NCBI GenBank assembly: GCA_020184695.1
Contig: JAANOX010000241.1
Coordinates: 186,001-250,000, forward strand
DNA length: 64,000 bases
DNA from: Histomonas meleagridis 2922-C6/04-290x
Lineage: Eukaryota > Protista > Parabasalia
Reading direction: 5' to 3'
A model generated the notes under the pieces. That model saw only the letters and a program-made list of their open reading frames with translations. It was not told where the DNA came from and searched no databases. Positions within the stretch are counted from its first letter, which is position 1. Each line of letters opens with the position of its first letter. Of this stretch, positions 43,280-54,438 are shown one piece after another. A program made the translations under genes and the position numbers.

Positions 43280-45409
43280 TGATTACTTTTTGGGGCAGTC
43301 CGTGTTAAACGTCCTTTTAATTTTTTGAATACATTAAATGGTCGAATATTTAAATTGAATCAATAAATGCTCAACCAAAAAAAGCCTTCATAACATCATT
43401 TTTTTATTATGTCAGCTATAGGTATTGATTTAGGTACAACATACAGTTGTGTTGGTGTTTTCAGACACAATCGTGTTGATATTATAGCGAATGATATGGG
43501 TAATCGTACAACACCGTCTTATGTTGCATTTACAGAAGATGAACGACTTGTTGGTGATGCAGCAAAGAATCAAGCAGCCATGAATCCAACAAACACAGTC
43601 TTTGATGCTAAACGTATGATAGGGACGTAAGTTTAGTGATCCAGTTGTTCAAAAAGATATGCAACATTGGCCATTTAAAGTTGTTCGTGGAGAAGCAGAT
43701 CGTCCAAGGATTCAAGTTCAATGGAAAGGCGAAACGAAACAATTTTATCCAGAAGAAATCTCAGCTATGGTATTAGGTAAAATGAAAGAAATTGCAGAAA
43801 GTCAACTTACAGACAAAGTCAAAGATGCAGTTATTACAGTTCCCGCATATTTCAATGATGGCCAACGTCAAGCCACAAAAGATGCCGGTGTTATTGCAGG
43901 ATTAAATGTATTACGTATTATTAATGAGCCAACAGCCGCTGCTATTGCATTTGGTCTTAATGAAAAATCTGATAAAGAGCGTCATGTTCTTATTTTTGAT
44001 CTTGGCGGTGGTACATTTGATGTTTCATTACTTGATATCGATGGCGGCATGTTCGAAGTTCGTGCCACAGCAGGTGATACACATCTTGGTGGTGAAGACT
44101 TTGATAATCGTATGGTTAATTACTTTGCAGATCGATTCCAAAAGAAGTTCAAGTGTGATTTAAGACAATCACCACGTGCACTCCGTACATTACGAACAGC
44201 ATGCGAACGAGCTAAGCGAACATTATCCACAGCCACATCCGCATCCATTGTTTGTGATTCATTATATGAAGGTCATGATTTCATGGATAACATCTCACGT
44301 GCTATGTTCGAGAACTTAAATGATGAACTTTTTCAGATCGACGATGACACCAGTTGCACAAGTATTAAGAGATGCAAATATGTCAAAGTCCGATGTCACT
44401 GATATTGTTCTTGTTGGTGGTTCATCACGTATTCCACGTGTTCAACAATTGTTACAAGACTTCTTCAATGGCAAGCAGCCATGCCGTGGTGTTGATCCTG
44501 ATGAAGCAGTTGCATATGGTGCAGCAGTGCAAGCAGCAATTATCAAAGGTGATACATCAGATACAGTGAAAGATATTTTTATTGTTAGATGTTGCACCAC
44601 TTTCATTAGGTATCGAAACAGCAGGCGGAATGATGACAGTTCTCATTCCACGTAACACGACAATTCCAGCGAAGAAGTCAAATGTCTTCACGACCTTCTC
44701 AGATAATCAGCCTGCAGTTACAATCAAAGTTTATGAAGGAGAACGTTCGCGAACATGCGACAACAACTTACTTGGCACATTTGATTTAACAGGTATTCCG
44801 CCAGCACCACGCGGCGTACCACAGATTGAAGTTACATTCGATGTTAACGCGGATGGTATTATGAATGTTTCTGCACAAGATAAGTCGACAGGTAACGTGA
44901 AGAAGATCACGATTAAGAATGAGAAAGGACGTCTTTCACAAGCAGATATCGACAAAATGGTTGCAGACGCAGAGAAGTACAAAGCACAAGATGAAGAAGT
45001 GCGTAAGAAAGTGGAAGCGAAGAACGCACTCGAAGGATACTGCTTCGGCGTACGCAACTCATTAAATCAAGAACAGTTCGCTAACGCATTATCACAGTCA
45101 GATAAGGACACAATCAACAGAGAAATCAATGACACGCTCGCATGGATGGAGTCTAACCAAGACGCAGACGTCGCTACAATCGAAGCGAAACAGAAGGAAC
45201 TCGAAGGCAAACTGATGCCAATTATGCAATCAGCTTATCAACATGCAGCAGGTGGCGCACAAGGCGGAATGCCAGGCGCGAACATGCAAGGAGGAAGTGG
45301 AGCATCAGCGAATAGTGGACATTCATCAGGACCACGTGTTGAAGAAGTTGATTAAATGAATGAATAAAATGTAACATAATGAATAACTTTGAGTTTATAT
45401 TAAACGTTT
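43280..45409 (+). repeat. Right arm of the inverted Hsp70 duplication
   Basis: Matches the reverse complement of 26379-28507 apart from homopolymer-length differences and a few substitutions. Confidence 0.95.
43409..45355 (+). CDS. HSP70: Cytosolic Hsp70, copy B, with three apparent +1 homopolymer frameshifts (near 43622, 44330 and 44578)
   Basis: Same protein as copy A. GGG versus GG, T5 versus T4 and T5 versus T4 relative to copy A. 1947-3=1944 nt. Ends EEVD-TAAA. Confidence 0.93.
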
Positions 45410-45682
45410 CGTGAACAAAACCAGTTAAGTTTAAGTATAGTATTTCCAGAAAATGAAAATCTGATTGTTAATTTAAATTTTTATAACCTATAAAAAAAAG
45501 GCTTGGCCTAATTTCCATTATGACTCAGATTTGTGTATGTATATTCTGGAAATCAAAATTTATATTTTGCGTTTAAGAAGATATTTTTATTCAAAAAGTG
45601 CTCAGGAGTGGCCACTGCGGCACTTATTCATCTAATGTAAAGTTCCCAAAAAAATTATCGTCAATTGAAAAACATACTTAAA

Positions 45683-46138
45683 ATGAAGAAGAGCGCTTCT
45701 CTTCCTACAATCCTGAACAAAAATGTATCCTTCATTGATAATCCATTAAGTTGGGTTTTTTACGTATGCCTTTTTATCATTATGAGAGTAGTTCTTGCAG
45801 GTTTTGGCATTTCCTCAAAGATCGCCTGGACAATTATTAATTGGACACATGGCTTGCTGTCATTTTTCTTATTCCATTGGATCAAGGGCTCACCTTTTGT
45901 TGATGATCATGGGCAATATTCACAAATGACATTTTGGGAACAAATTGATGATCAAATACAATATACACGTGCTCGAAAGTTCTTAACAATTATACCAATA
46001 ATTTTATTTTTGGTTTCTGTTGATTCAGCTGGATGGGATCTTGCATACTTTTGGATTAACTTACTTTGCTGCGCCATTCTTTTGATTGCTAAACTCCCAA
46101 TCATGCATAAGGTTAGGATTTTTGGCATTAACTCGTAA
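45683..46138 (+). CDS. ORMDL: ORMDL/Orm1 family sphingolipid-synthesis regulator
   Basis: FHWIKGSPF...TFWEQID..QYTRARKFL...IAKLPIMHKVRIFGIN. ATG at 45683. Confidence 0.93.
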   Translation: MKKSASLPTILNKNVSFIDNPLSWVFYVCLFIIMRVVLAGFGISSKIAWTIINWTHGLLSFFLFHWIKGSPFVDDHGQYSQMTFWEQIDDQIQYTRARKFLTIIPIILFLVSVDSAGWDLAYFWINLLCCAILLIAKLPIMHKVRIFGINS

Positions 46139-46509
46139 ACAACACAAAGCCTTTCTCGAATTATAATTTTTTTTCATCAAAGCCTATTTCTAATTGTATT
46201 AAATTTGATTAAAAATAATTAATGTGAAAAGTTGCCTTAGTAAAATCATTTATATAATTATGGAATATGTTTTTCTTACAATAAAAAATTTTAAATTTAT
46301 CAAATTAAAGATTACTCTATAATAATAAAGTTTGATGAATATAATATTATTTGTAATGGATTATAGATATCTTCACAGACAACTATTACTTCAACAAATG
46401 AACATTATTATACTATATATAAAATTAGGATTTTTTGTTATAATAGATTTTATTTTTACACATAGAAGTATTATTATATATAAAATTATTTTCCAAAATT
46501 AATGTTTAT

Positions 46510-46883
46510 TTATTTTGGAAGTTGGTTGAATAATTTTGCAATAACTTTCCATTCACCATCAATCTTATGAAGTGCTAAATAATCAGAAAAATCTCTTCCT
46601 GCCCGTTGATCTTCTAGAACGCGTGCAACAGCAACAGATCCATCAATAAAAACTACATCTACACGTGCTCGTGGATATATCCTTCAGGCGCACCTGCTTC
46701 ACGAAGTACATCATAGAGTATTTAAATAGAACCTGAATTATTTTTATCATCTAGATAACCAGCACCGATTGCATAAGGAACAAAGATTGGTTTGCATATT
46801 TCTGGATCTCCTTTTTCAACAGCTTCAGCATACTTATATGCGACTTATTGAACCTTATTAAAATCTTCAATAGAAGCTCTCAT
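46510..46883 (-). pseudogene. Bacterial-type NTF2-like/SnoaL putative lumazine-binding protein, disrupted. Not in the ORF track.
   Basis: Manual translation: MRASIEDFNKVQ*VAYKYAEAVEKGDPEICKPIF...GSI*ILYD...(frameshift)PRARVDVVFIDGSVAVARV...DFSDYLALHKIDGEWKVIAKLFNQLPK*. TAA at 46845-46847 and 46722-46724, and a 1-nt deletion near 46675. Confidence 0.75.
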
Positions 46884-47601
46884 GACAATTAATAAGTGAA
46901 GTCATTTGTGTTTTATTCAATAATTGATGAAATTAGTGATAAGTGGTGATGTGTTCGATAATTTTTTAATTCAAAATAAAATAAACAAATTATTAATAAT
47001 TGTGAAATGTTACCACAATACATTACAAATCAGCGATAGGCATTTTAATGATAAAATCCCTTTCCCGTGAAAGAAGTAAATTGTTACTTAGTTCTTTTTA
47101 GTGAACATACATCTTCTAAAGATACAAGGATGCAAACAAATGCAATTTCAAGAAAGTGAACCAATTGTTTTATTAAGAGTATTTTGTTGGATGCTGATGT
47201 TTTTGTTTAGCACATTAGTAATATTTTCGTTTGTTATTCTAACATTAGTTCAATATAATTTACATTTAGTATTTATGTTCCATACACAGCAAAAATTGCT
47301 TGACAAAAGTCTAAATAAAATCTCCAGCTGTTGTGGTTTTTTCTTGAAAATTATATCAATGATTGAAAATACAATTTTTTTACGTTTTTGATTACCTCCA
47401 TAAGATATTCACGAATAAGTTGCGTATATATATTGATGGTATATTCACCATATTTGAAATCTGTTAAAAAAATTATTATAAATTTTTTGCTTTTTAATAA
47501 CAACAATTTGCCCTTTGGAGAAATTATTGCATATTAATGTAAAGCATAATCTTAAAGACAATAATTAGAAGAAAGAAATCTGGAGCAGCAAAAGTGACAG
47601 A

Positions 47602-48585
47602 ATGTTCCAAAAAGTTGGAGAAATATTAATTCCTGGTGACAATCCACCATCATTTGTCTACTTAGGATACTCTGCTGGGTCAGCTATCGTTGCAGCAACT
47701 ACATCAGATCGTCAACTTTATATTTGTGATCATTCAACATTCCAGGTTATTTCATCATTCCAAGCTCATAATGCAGATATCTCTGGAGTATACCTTGCAG
47801 AAAATTCCAACATAATTGCAACATGCTGTGAAGACGGTCAAGGCACAATTGGAAATGAAGTTTCTCTATGGGACTCTAAAAGCTCTCAACTTATATGTAC
47901 ATTTGGTGCTTCTTCCTATGTCCATTATGTTGAAACTTGTCATTGCGTTGGAATGAATAAATCTGGAAAAATCCTTGCTGCAGGAACCAACTCAGGCGTT
48001 CTTACTTGGGATGTTAGGAAGCCCGAAGGTATCTTTCGCCATGTCAACATACAACCAGAAGAAGTTTCAAGTATTGAATTTCATCCATTTGCCAGCTCCA
48101 CATTTTTATCAGGAGATGATGATGGCAATCTTCTTCTATACGATTTGGATGGTCCAAATCAAGAAGATTCCATACTTTTTTATTCCAATGACAATAATCC
48201 AGTTTTTCAATGCGGCTTCTGTGGAGTTGATACAGTCTTTACTCTACGTCGTACAGCAGGCATACGTCTATGGAACATCTTTGATAACACTAAAGATGTT
48301 TTTTATGATGATCTCCGAAATGATACTGATAATTCGTTTTCATATCCAATTGACGCGCATTGGTGCGGCGAGTATGTAATGACAGTTGGCGGTGATAGTG
48401 AAGGAGGTGTCGCACTTGTTTTATGTTCACAGAGCGAAGTGAAACTCTTCGGAAAGTTGGAGAAAGCGCATAACGAATGCGTAAATGCATCTTATTTGCA
48501 CATATTTGACGATGGATCAATGCACCTTTTACTTGCTGGAGATGCAGGACAAATGACATTCTGGCGAAAGTCAGAAAGTGAATGA
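47602..48585 (+). CDS. WD40 repeat protein (WDR89-like)
   Basis: AHNADISGV, LTWDVRK, VSSIEFHP...LSGDDDGNLLLYDL and AHNECV...LLAGDAGQMTFW. Confidence 0.8.
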   Translation: MFQKVGEILIPGDNPPSFVYLGYSAGSAIVAATTSDRQLYICDHSTFQVISSFQAHNADISGVYLAENSNIIATCCEDGQGTIGNEVSLWDSKSSQLICTFGASSYVHYVETCHCVGMNKSGKILAAGTNSGVLTWDVRKPEGIFRHVNIQPEEVSSIEFHPFASSTFLSGDDDGNLLLYDLDGPNQEDSILFYSNDNNPVFQCGFCGVDTVFTLRRTAGIRLWNIFDNTKDVFYDDLRNDTDNSFSYPIDAHWCGEYVMTVGGDSEGGVALVLCSQSEVKLFGKLEKAHNECVNASYLHIFDDGSMHLLLAGDAGQMTFWRKSESE

Positions 48586-49133
48586 GAAAATATTTTAATT
48601 AAAAGAAATATAGATAAAAGATTGCATTTTTATTATTAAACAATATCCTAAAGGTGTTTAAGTGTTTCATTTTATAGTTTAGTTACTGAAAATTAAATGC
48701 GGGTTAATGTTTAAAGATTTTTTTTTTTTTTGTTAGCCTAAAAATAAGTACAGATATTACTGATAATGATATTTATACCATTTAGAAATTATTTTATTTG
48801 AAAATTATTTAATTTGTTTGAAGTATATACATAATCTCAATAAGTTCATATCGATATGATTAAATTACTTTTTGAACATAAACAATTGATATTAATCATA
48901 AGAAATTATATTACATGAATAATATATTCTTTTGAATGTTTAAGAAAATGTATTTGTGAAAATGAAAATAAAACTCTTATTTGGTATCAAATTAGGACAT
49001 AAGAAATACAAAATTATCCAGAAAATATTATTTTCCACTATTTTGGATGAAATTTAACATAAAGTATTGAATATTCTATTAATATTGATCGTTACACGCT
49101 TAAAAAGTGGAATAAGTGTTTTTATTGTAAATT

Positions 49134-49739
49134 CTAGCAAGGACATTCCGACTTTTGCTCTTGCTGTTGGAAGTCAACATTATCGTTGTTAGATGCAACT
49201 TCATATGCACCATCATCAACATTCTTTTCAATGACAGCCACACAAGCATCTATTGCTTGTTGAATTTGATCACCTGTTTTTGCAGATGTTTCAAAGTATT
49301 GCATGTGGTGTAATGAAGCAAATGATTCAGCTTCTACTTTTGACACTTTACGATCGGCCGCAAGATCTGATTTATTTCCTAAAAGTAGAGTAACAACATC
49401 AGACCTCGCAACATCTTTAATATCCTGTAACCACCTTCCAATATTTTCAAATGAGTCTCTATTTGTTAAATCAAATACTAATAAAGCGCCTGCTGATCCT
49501 CTATAATAACCGCGTGTAACTGATCTGAATAATTCTTGGCCCGCTGTATCCCATAATTGAAGTTGAATACGATGATGGTCGGTTTGAACAATCTTTGTCA
49601 TGAATTCAACTCCTAATGTTGGTTGTGATTCCTCATCAAAAATATCTCGAACAAACCTGATGAGCAGACAAGTTTTTCCTACGCCAGAATCACCAACAAC
49701 AACAACTTTTAAAGAATAATCGAACTTTCTGCCAATCAT
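49134..49739 (-). CDS. Rab GTPase (Rab2/4/14-like)
   Basis: GDSGVGKT, WDTAGQE, YYRGSAGALLVFD, GNKSD, ETSAK and a C-terminal CXC prenylation motif (CPC). Confidence 0.95.
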   Translation of the reverse strand: MIGRKFDYSLKVVVVGDSGVGKTCLLIRFVRDIFDEESQPTLGVEFMTKIVQTDHHRIQLQLWDTAGQELFRSVTRGYYRGSAGALLVFDLTNRDSFENIGRWLQDIKDVARSDVVTLLLGNKSDLAADRKVSKVEAESFASLHHMQYFETSAKTGDQIQQAIDACVAVIEKNVDDGAYEVASNNDNVDFQQQEQKSECPC

Positions 49740-50072
49740 TGTTTTACCTTTAACGTTTTCGGTTTGTTAGAAACCGATTTGTGGGAAAAATAGAAAGCTA
49801 AAAATATCATGAATAATTAAAAGCAAATCTTTCCATTTAAATTTTAGAATTCATTGACGAATTTAATTTTTTGAGCGTTGTAATTTTTTATGATTTTGAA
49901 CATTAATTAAAATATTTCTATTCGAACACAAAAAAAATATTGAATAATTTATATAATTCCACAGCTATAAAACACGTTTAAACAATACTCAAAATTGAAT
50001 GCACCCAATCGAACTCAATAGAAATTTCAATGCGGCATATTGTTTTCAGGGGGCCCCAAATATTTCCTGTGT

Positions 50073-51021
50073 ATGAAAGGAAATAAAAAAACAGCTGTTC
50101 TTGTTATTGCTGGTCCATATGAGAATTGGTACAAGCTTTGCAAACCTTACGAAGACTCTTTTTGTGTCGAACAAGCTTGTTGGAATGATATATCTCTTAC
50201 TGTTTATCCAAGTGGACCAGTTGTTCATCTCCAACCAACTCGGCATCCTATTGATGATAAGCAGAAAGAATCACGTACTATCGAACCAGATCTTGTAGTT
50301 GTTAGAATGCTTTGTCGTTCTGTAGGTGAACGACTTGGGATAACACCAGATTACAGAAATGTTCTTTATGGCTTTGTTCATGCTTGTGTCCCACTTATTA
50401 ATTCATTTGAAGCCATAAATTATGAACTTGAACGACCTTTAATGATGGGTTTATTAAAAACCATAGCACAAACTTGGCAAATCCAACTTTACAGTTATTC
50501 CACAGACATATTATAGCGAAGCTTATGAAATGGTAATTTCGCCTTCAGTTCCATTTGTGGTCAAATATTCATATCCTCATGGCGGATATGGAAAGATCCG
50601 TGTCCGAGATAACTCCGACTTTCCTGATGTTCGAAGCATTGTTGCGGTCAATAATCATTATTGTTCAGCCGAACCATTTATTGATCAAAAATATGAAGTC
50701 AGGATCATTTTTATAGCACCTGACTACATCAGAGCTCGAAAGCGATTTTCGCCAAATTGGAAAATCAACTTCGGAAGCAGTAATTACGGCGAAAACATCA
50801 AAGTGCCAGATCGATACAAAAGGTGGGTTCAAGAAATACATAATACGTATCCCGGATTTGATACATTTTGTTTGGATGTCATTGTTGACAAAAATGAAAA
50901 AGAATATATATTGGAGATGGGAGGCTCATCACAAGGATTTTCACCAGAATATGCCGACGAAGCATTGGCTAAACTGAGAGATTTGGTGGTGACAAGAGTA
51001 AAAGATTTGACGAAAAATTAA
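50073..51021 (+). CDS. Synapsin-like ATP-grasp protein, with one apparent -1 homopolymer frameshift near 50470
   Basis: Adding one A to CAAA gives IAQKLGKSNFTVIPQTYYSEAYEMVISPSVPFVVKYSYPHGGYGKIRV...AEPFIDQKYEVRI...NWKINFG...DRYKRWV...GFDTFCLD, collinear with the synapsin C domain. Confidence 0.8.
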
Positions 51022-51406
51022 AATGAAATACAAAAATGTGAAGGGAAAATTAATAAAAATAAATATGTGGTAAATATTTAATTCATTATTCAATTTACTG
51101 AATTTTTCATCATTACAAATGGTAAACATATCTGAATTTGGTCACCAAAAATTAATTTTTTTCCTTCCTTATTTTAATAATATTTTCACTTCTTGTTGTA
51201 CAACACAAAATCAAATAAAATATTAGGTGAATTGCAATAAATATGGGTGACAATCTAATCTTTTAAGTATACACCTATAGCTAACCTCAAACCGTATATC
51301 AAAAAATGACACCATGATACAAAAAGTCGATATGTATTCAAAAAGTGGGGTATTTACATATGTTTAAAATAAACAAAAGTGGGTAAACGGTTGTTACATA
51401 GTACCA

Positions 51407-53734
51407 ATGGAGCAAAAGAAAAAATCATTTTCACAAAAGTTAATGCTTGACAAATACAACTTTTCAGGCGCCATATTTATCAAAGAAAAACTTCGCTCCA
51501 ATCCTCTACCTGAAGATTCACATTTTTCAAAAAATATCAATTTCGAGTATGACATGATTAGAGCAGCACCAATAGGAGGCTGCGTTGGTGTAATTCACAT
51601 GACTGGTGGTAACGAAAATTTCATTGCATTATACGATTCATGTTTAAACTTCATCCGCAAAATTCCATCTCCAGTACCATCTCCGATCAAAGACTTCTTC
51701 ATCACGCCGGAAGAAGTTATTGTTCTTCTCTATGAGCACAACGAAATTTATGCTATGGACCAACGTGGCAAAAAAATCGAATCAAAGATAATATGTCAAG
51801 GCGAATATATAATTACATCAGCTTTCTATGACTATGGTTTATTTCTCTTTACGTTTTCAGGCAAGGTACTACACGTCAAAAACTTCATAACAATGGAAGT
51901 TGAAGTATTTGCAGAAGAAAATACCGAAGACACAATGTTAATTCCAAACCTTAAAAACGTTGCAGTTGTACCACCAAACGATGAACATGATTTTGTTGTT
52001 TGGGGTTATGCGACTCGACCTGAGACGTTTGAATATATGTTGATATGTATTCAAGAAGGAGATATCCAAAGTGTTCATTTCCCAGACGAAATCAATCTAA
52101 TGCGTTTTAGCGCTAACTATCAGCTCGCTCTTGTCCTTTGTCAAGATTCAGTATATATTTGTTCGTCAACTTTTGACAGAGCATTTGACCGTCTCCAAAT
52201 CGATGGCGTTCCATTAAAGAATGCTACTTGGTGTGGTAATAGTTCAGTTTTAATCTATACCGAAAATGAAATGATAATGGTTGGCGATACAGAACAAATT
52301 CTTTCATGGCCCATGGAAAAAGGATGTACATTTACAACCGAATTTGATGGAGCGCGTGTCATATCTCATGATGACATTTGGTATATCAGAGAAGTTATGG
52401 GCGCCCCATTAGATTTCATCAAAGAAGATAATGAAGCTCCTTCTTATAAGTTCTTTTCAGCTGTAAGTGATCCACGGTCTTTTGTTAATAGTGATCCAAT
52501 AGTAGAGATGAGTTCAGAATTACCAAAAGCTATAGAAGGATGTCTCGATTGTTGCAAATTCTATCGTAATCAAGACTTTGTTCGTTCTCTTTTGCTATGC
52601 GTAGCTAAGTTCAAGAACAAGGTCGAAGACTACAATACACAAGATTATCTCGACGCGATCACTAATATTAAAATCACATCAAACATTTCGAAGGAGCCCG
52701 TTAACATGCCGCTGACGGAATCGCAGTTACTTCATCTTGGCTATCGTCGCCTCTTATTACGGCTTTGTAATCGTTTTCTCCATTTTTATGCGTTCCGAAT
52801 AGCCGAGTTTCTAAATGATTATGAAGAACTTATATATAGTCATTGGGCTAATTGTATGTTACGATCTAATGCATCACCTACAGAAATTGTTCGGCGTATT
52901 AAGAACAATGGATATAATTTTGATTATGTTGAATTAGCAACATTAGCATTTGACTTAGCGGATGAATTAAATGATCCACAAAAGAAAGAACTTGCATTGA
53001 ACTTATTAAAAGAGAACAAAGTGAAGTCACATTCAGTTCCATTATTAATTCGTCAAGGACAATGGAGTGCAGCAGTCGAAGCAGCAGTTACATCTAATGA
53101 TATATCATTAATAGCATATGTCCTTAACTCGGCAACTGAACAATATCAAGATGACATTGTCCGGAAATGTATCTCACAAAACAAAATAGCATTAAGTTGT
53201 TGGCTCAAGTTACATCCGGAAGAATCCGAAATTTCCAACTTGTTAATGAAAAGTGGTTCGACACGGACCTCGAGATATTATCGAATGATAAATGGCGATG
53301 ACATAAAACGAATTAAAGCTGATTCGAAGAAAGATAAAACGTCATCGAAATTGGATTTGGAGATTTATGATCGAATTAATGACTTGAAAGAAACTGCGGC
53401 TAAGTTTAACATCGAGTTTACGAATGATTTAACTGCGTATAAACTGTTCGATAAAGTGCTCGAGGCGACAGGCGAACAAAAGATCGCGATGAACGTCGCA
53501 AAAGCATTGAAGATGAGTTCGGATGAAATATTAAATAGAATGATAGAGATGGCAATCAAACTGAATAAAGATGAACTAATGAGAGACGGCGCGAAAATTG
53601 CGTCGCAAGATGATATATATAATGCGATTCTCGATTTGGCTGACGCTGGAAGAAACAGAGAGGCAATGTACATGATCAACTTTATTAAGTCAAATGAAAA
53701 AAAAGAAGAGTTGGAAATGCAATTATCAAATTAA
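51407..53734 (+). CDS. VPS16: Vps16-like HOPS/CORVET subunit
   Basis: IRAAPIGGCVG near the N-terminus, WCGNSSV, TEFDGARVIS, RLCNRFLHFYAFRIAEFL, IYSHWANC and FDYVELATLA. Confidence 0.8.
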   Translation: MEQKKKSFSQKLMLDKYNFSGAIFIKEKLRSNPLPEDSHFSKNINFEYDMIRAAPIGGCVGVIHMTGGNENFIALYDSCLNFIRKIPSPVPSPIKDFFITPEEVIVLLYEHNEIYAMDQRGKKIESKIICQGEYIITSAFYDYGLFLFTFSGKVLHVKNFITMEVEVFAEENTEDTMLIPNLKNVAVVPPNDEHDFVVWGYATRPETFEYMLICIQEGDIQSVHFPDEINLMRFSANYQLALVLCQDSVYICSSTFDRAFDRLQIDGVPLKNATWCGNSSVLIYTENEMIMVGDTEQILSWPMEKGCTFTTEFDGARVISHDDIWYIREVMGAPLDFIKEDNEAPSYKFFSAVSDPRSFVNSDPIVEMSSELPKAIEGCLDCCKFYRNQDFVRSLLLCVAKFKNKVEDYNTQDYLDAITNIKITSNISKEPVNMPLTESQLLHLGYRRLLLRLCNRFLHFYAFRIAEFLNDYEELIYSHWANCMLRSNASPTEIVRRIKNNGYNFDYVELATLAFDLADELNDPQKKELALNLLKENKVKSHSVPLLIRQGQWSAAVEAAVTSNDISLIAYVLNSATEQYQDDIVRKCISQNKIALSCWLKLHPEESEISNLLMKSGSTRTSRYYRMINGDDIKRIKADSKKDKTSSKLDLEIYDRINDLKETAAKFNIEFTNDLTAYKLFDKVLEATGEQKIAMNVAKALKMSSDEILNRMIEMAIKLNKDELMRDGAKIASQDDIYNAILDLADAGRNREAMYMINFIKSNEKKEELEMQLSN

Positions 53735-54438
53735 TAAATTTCTTTGCTTTATTTTCGTTTTGTTAACTAAATGAAGTACGATCGTTGTGACAAAGAAAGA
53801 AATGTAAAATATGATGAAATTATTGTAAAAATATATCCACCGTATTATTCCACACATGTTTTTTCACGCTAAATTTGTGACGGATTTTTCCCAATTTGAC
53901 TATAATGCTGTTTATAATTTAAAATTGAAAGTGATTCCCAAAGGATAAACCTCATGACGAAAGGAAAACAGCCAGAATAAGCTCTTAACAATGCACTCAT
54001 ACGACTACTTCACAGTGAGATTAAGCTTAGTGATATTTTAACAAATGTATGAAATGATAAACTGAATATGATCTTGCGATTATTCATATAATCTATATAT
54101 ATAAACTCAAATAGCCAAGGAATGAAATTTTTGTTGATATTTTTATTTAACTTCGAAAATTTTGGTGATTTTTTGTGTTTTATTTTACCAAGAAATAAGT
54201 GTGAATAAAGGTTTTTCTGCCGAATTGGGATTAATTCGATGACAATATTAATTTAAATTTCTTTTTTGCGCAAGAAAGTGAAGTGTAAAAGCCCCTCAAA
54301 ATAGATAGAAATTTTTCAATGGGATAACCGAGCGTTTTGTCAATTGACACTGAAATTTCAGAACACCGAAAATTTTACGAACAGATTTTTTTAAGAAGAC
54401 GTTTGGTCAAATGCACAACACAAATTCATATTTTGTTG

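Noticed and set aside
43300-43400. Heat-shock element upstream of Hsp70
   Set aside because: GAA triplets are present but not in the alternating nGAAnnTTCn pentamer spacing.
34097-46847. Alternative genetic code (TAA=Gln), suggested by in-frame TAAs in RPSA and the NTF2-like gene
   Set aside because: TAA terminates conserved C-termini (Hsp70 EEVD, eL6, ORMDL), multi-kb ORFs contain no in-frame TAA, and the dyskerin stops replace P, S, E and R rather than Q.
47101-47391. 96-aa ORF from the track
   Set aside because: GTG start, no recognisable motif and low-complexity AT-rich composition. Probably spurious or an unidentifiable relic.
53900-54070. Possible box C/D snoRNA (ATGACGA ... CTGA)
   Set aside because: The boxes are degenerate and far apart, with no terminal stem or identifiable rRNA guide.
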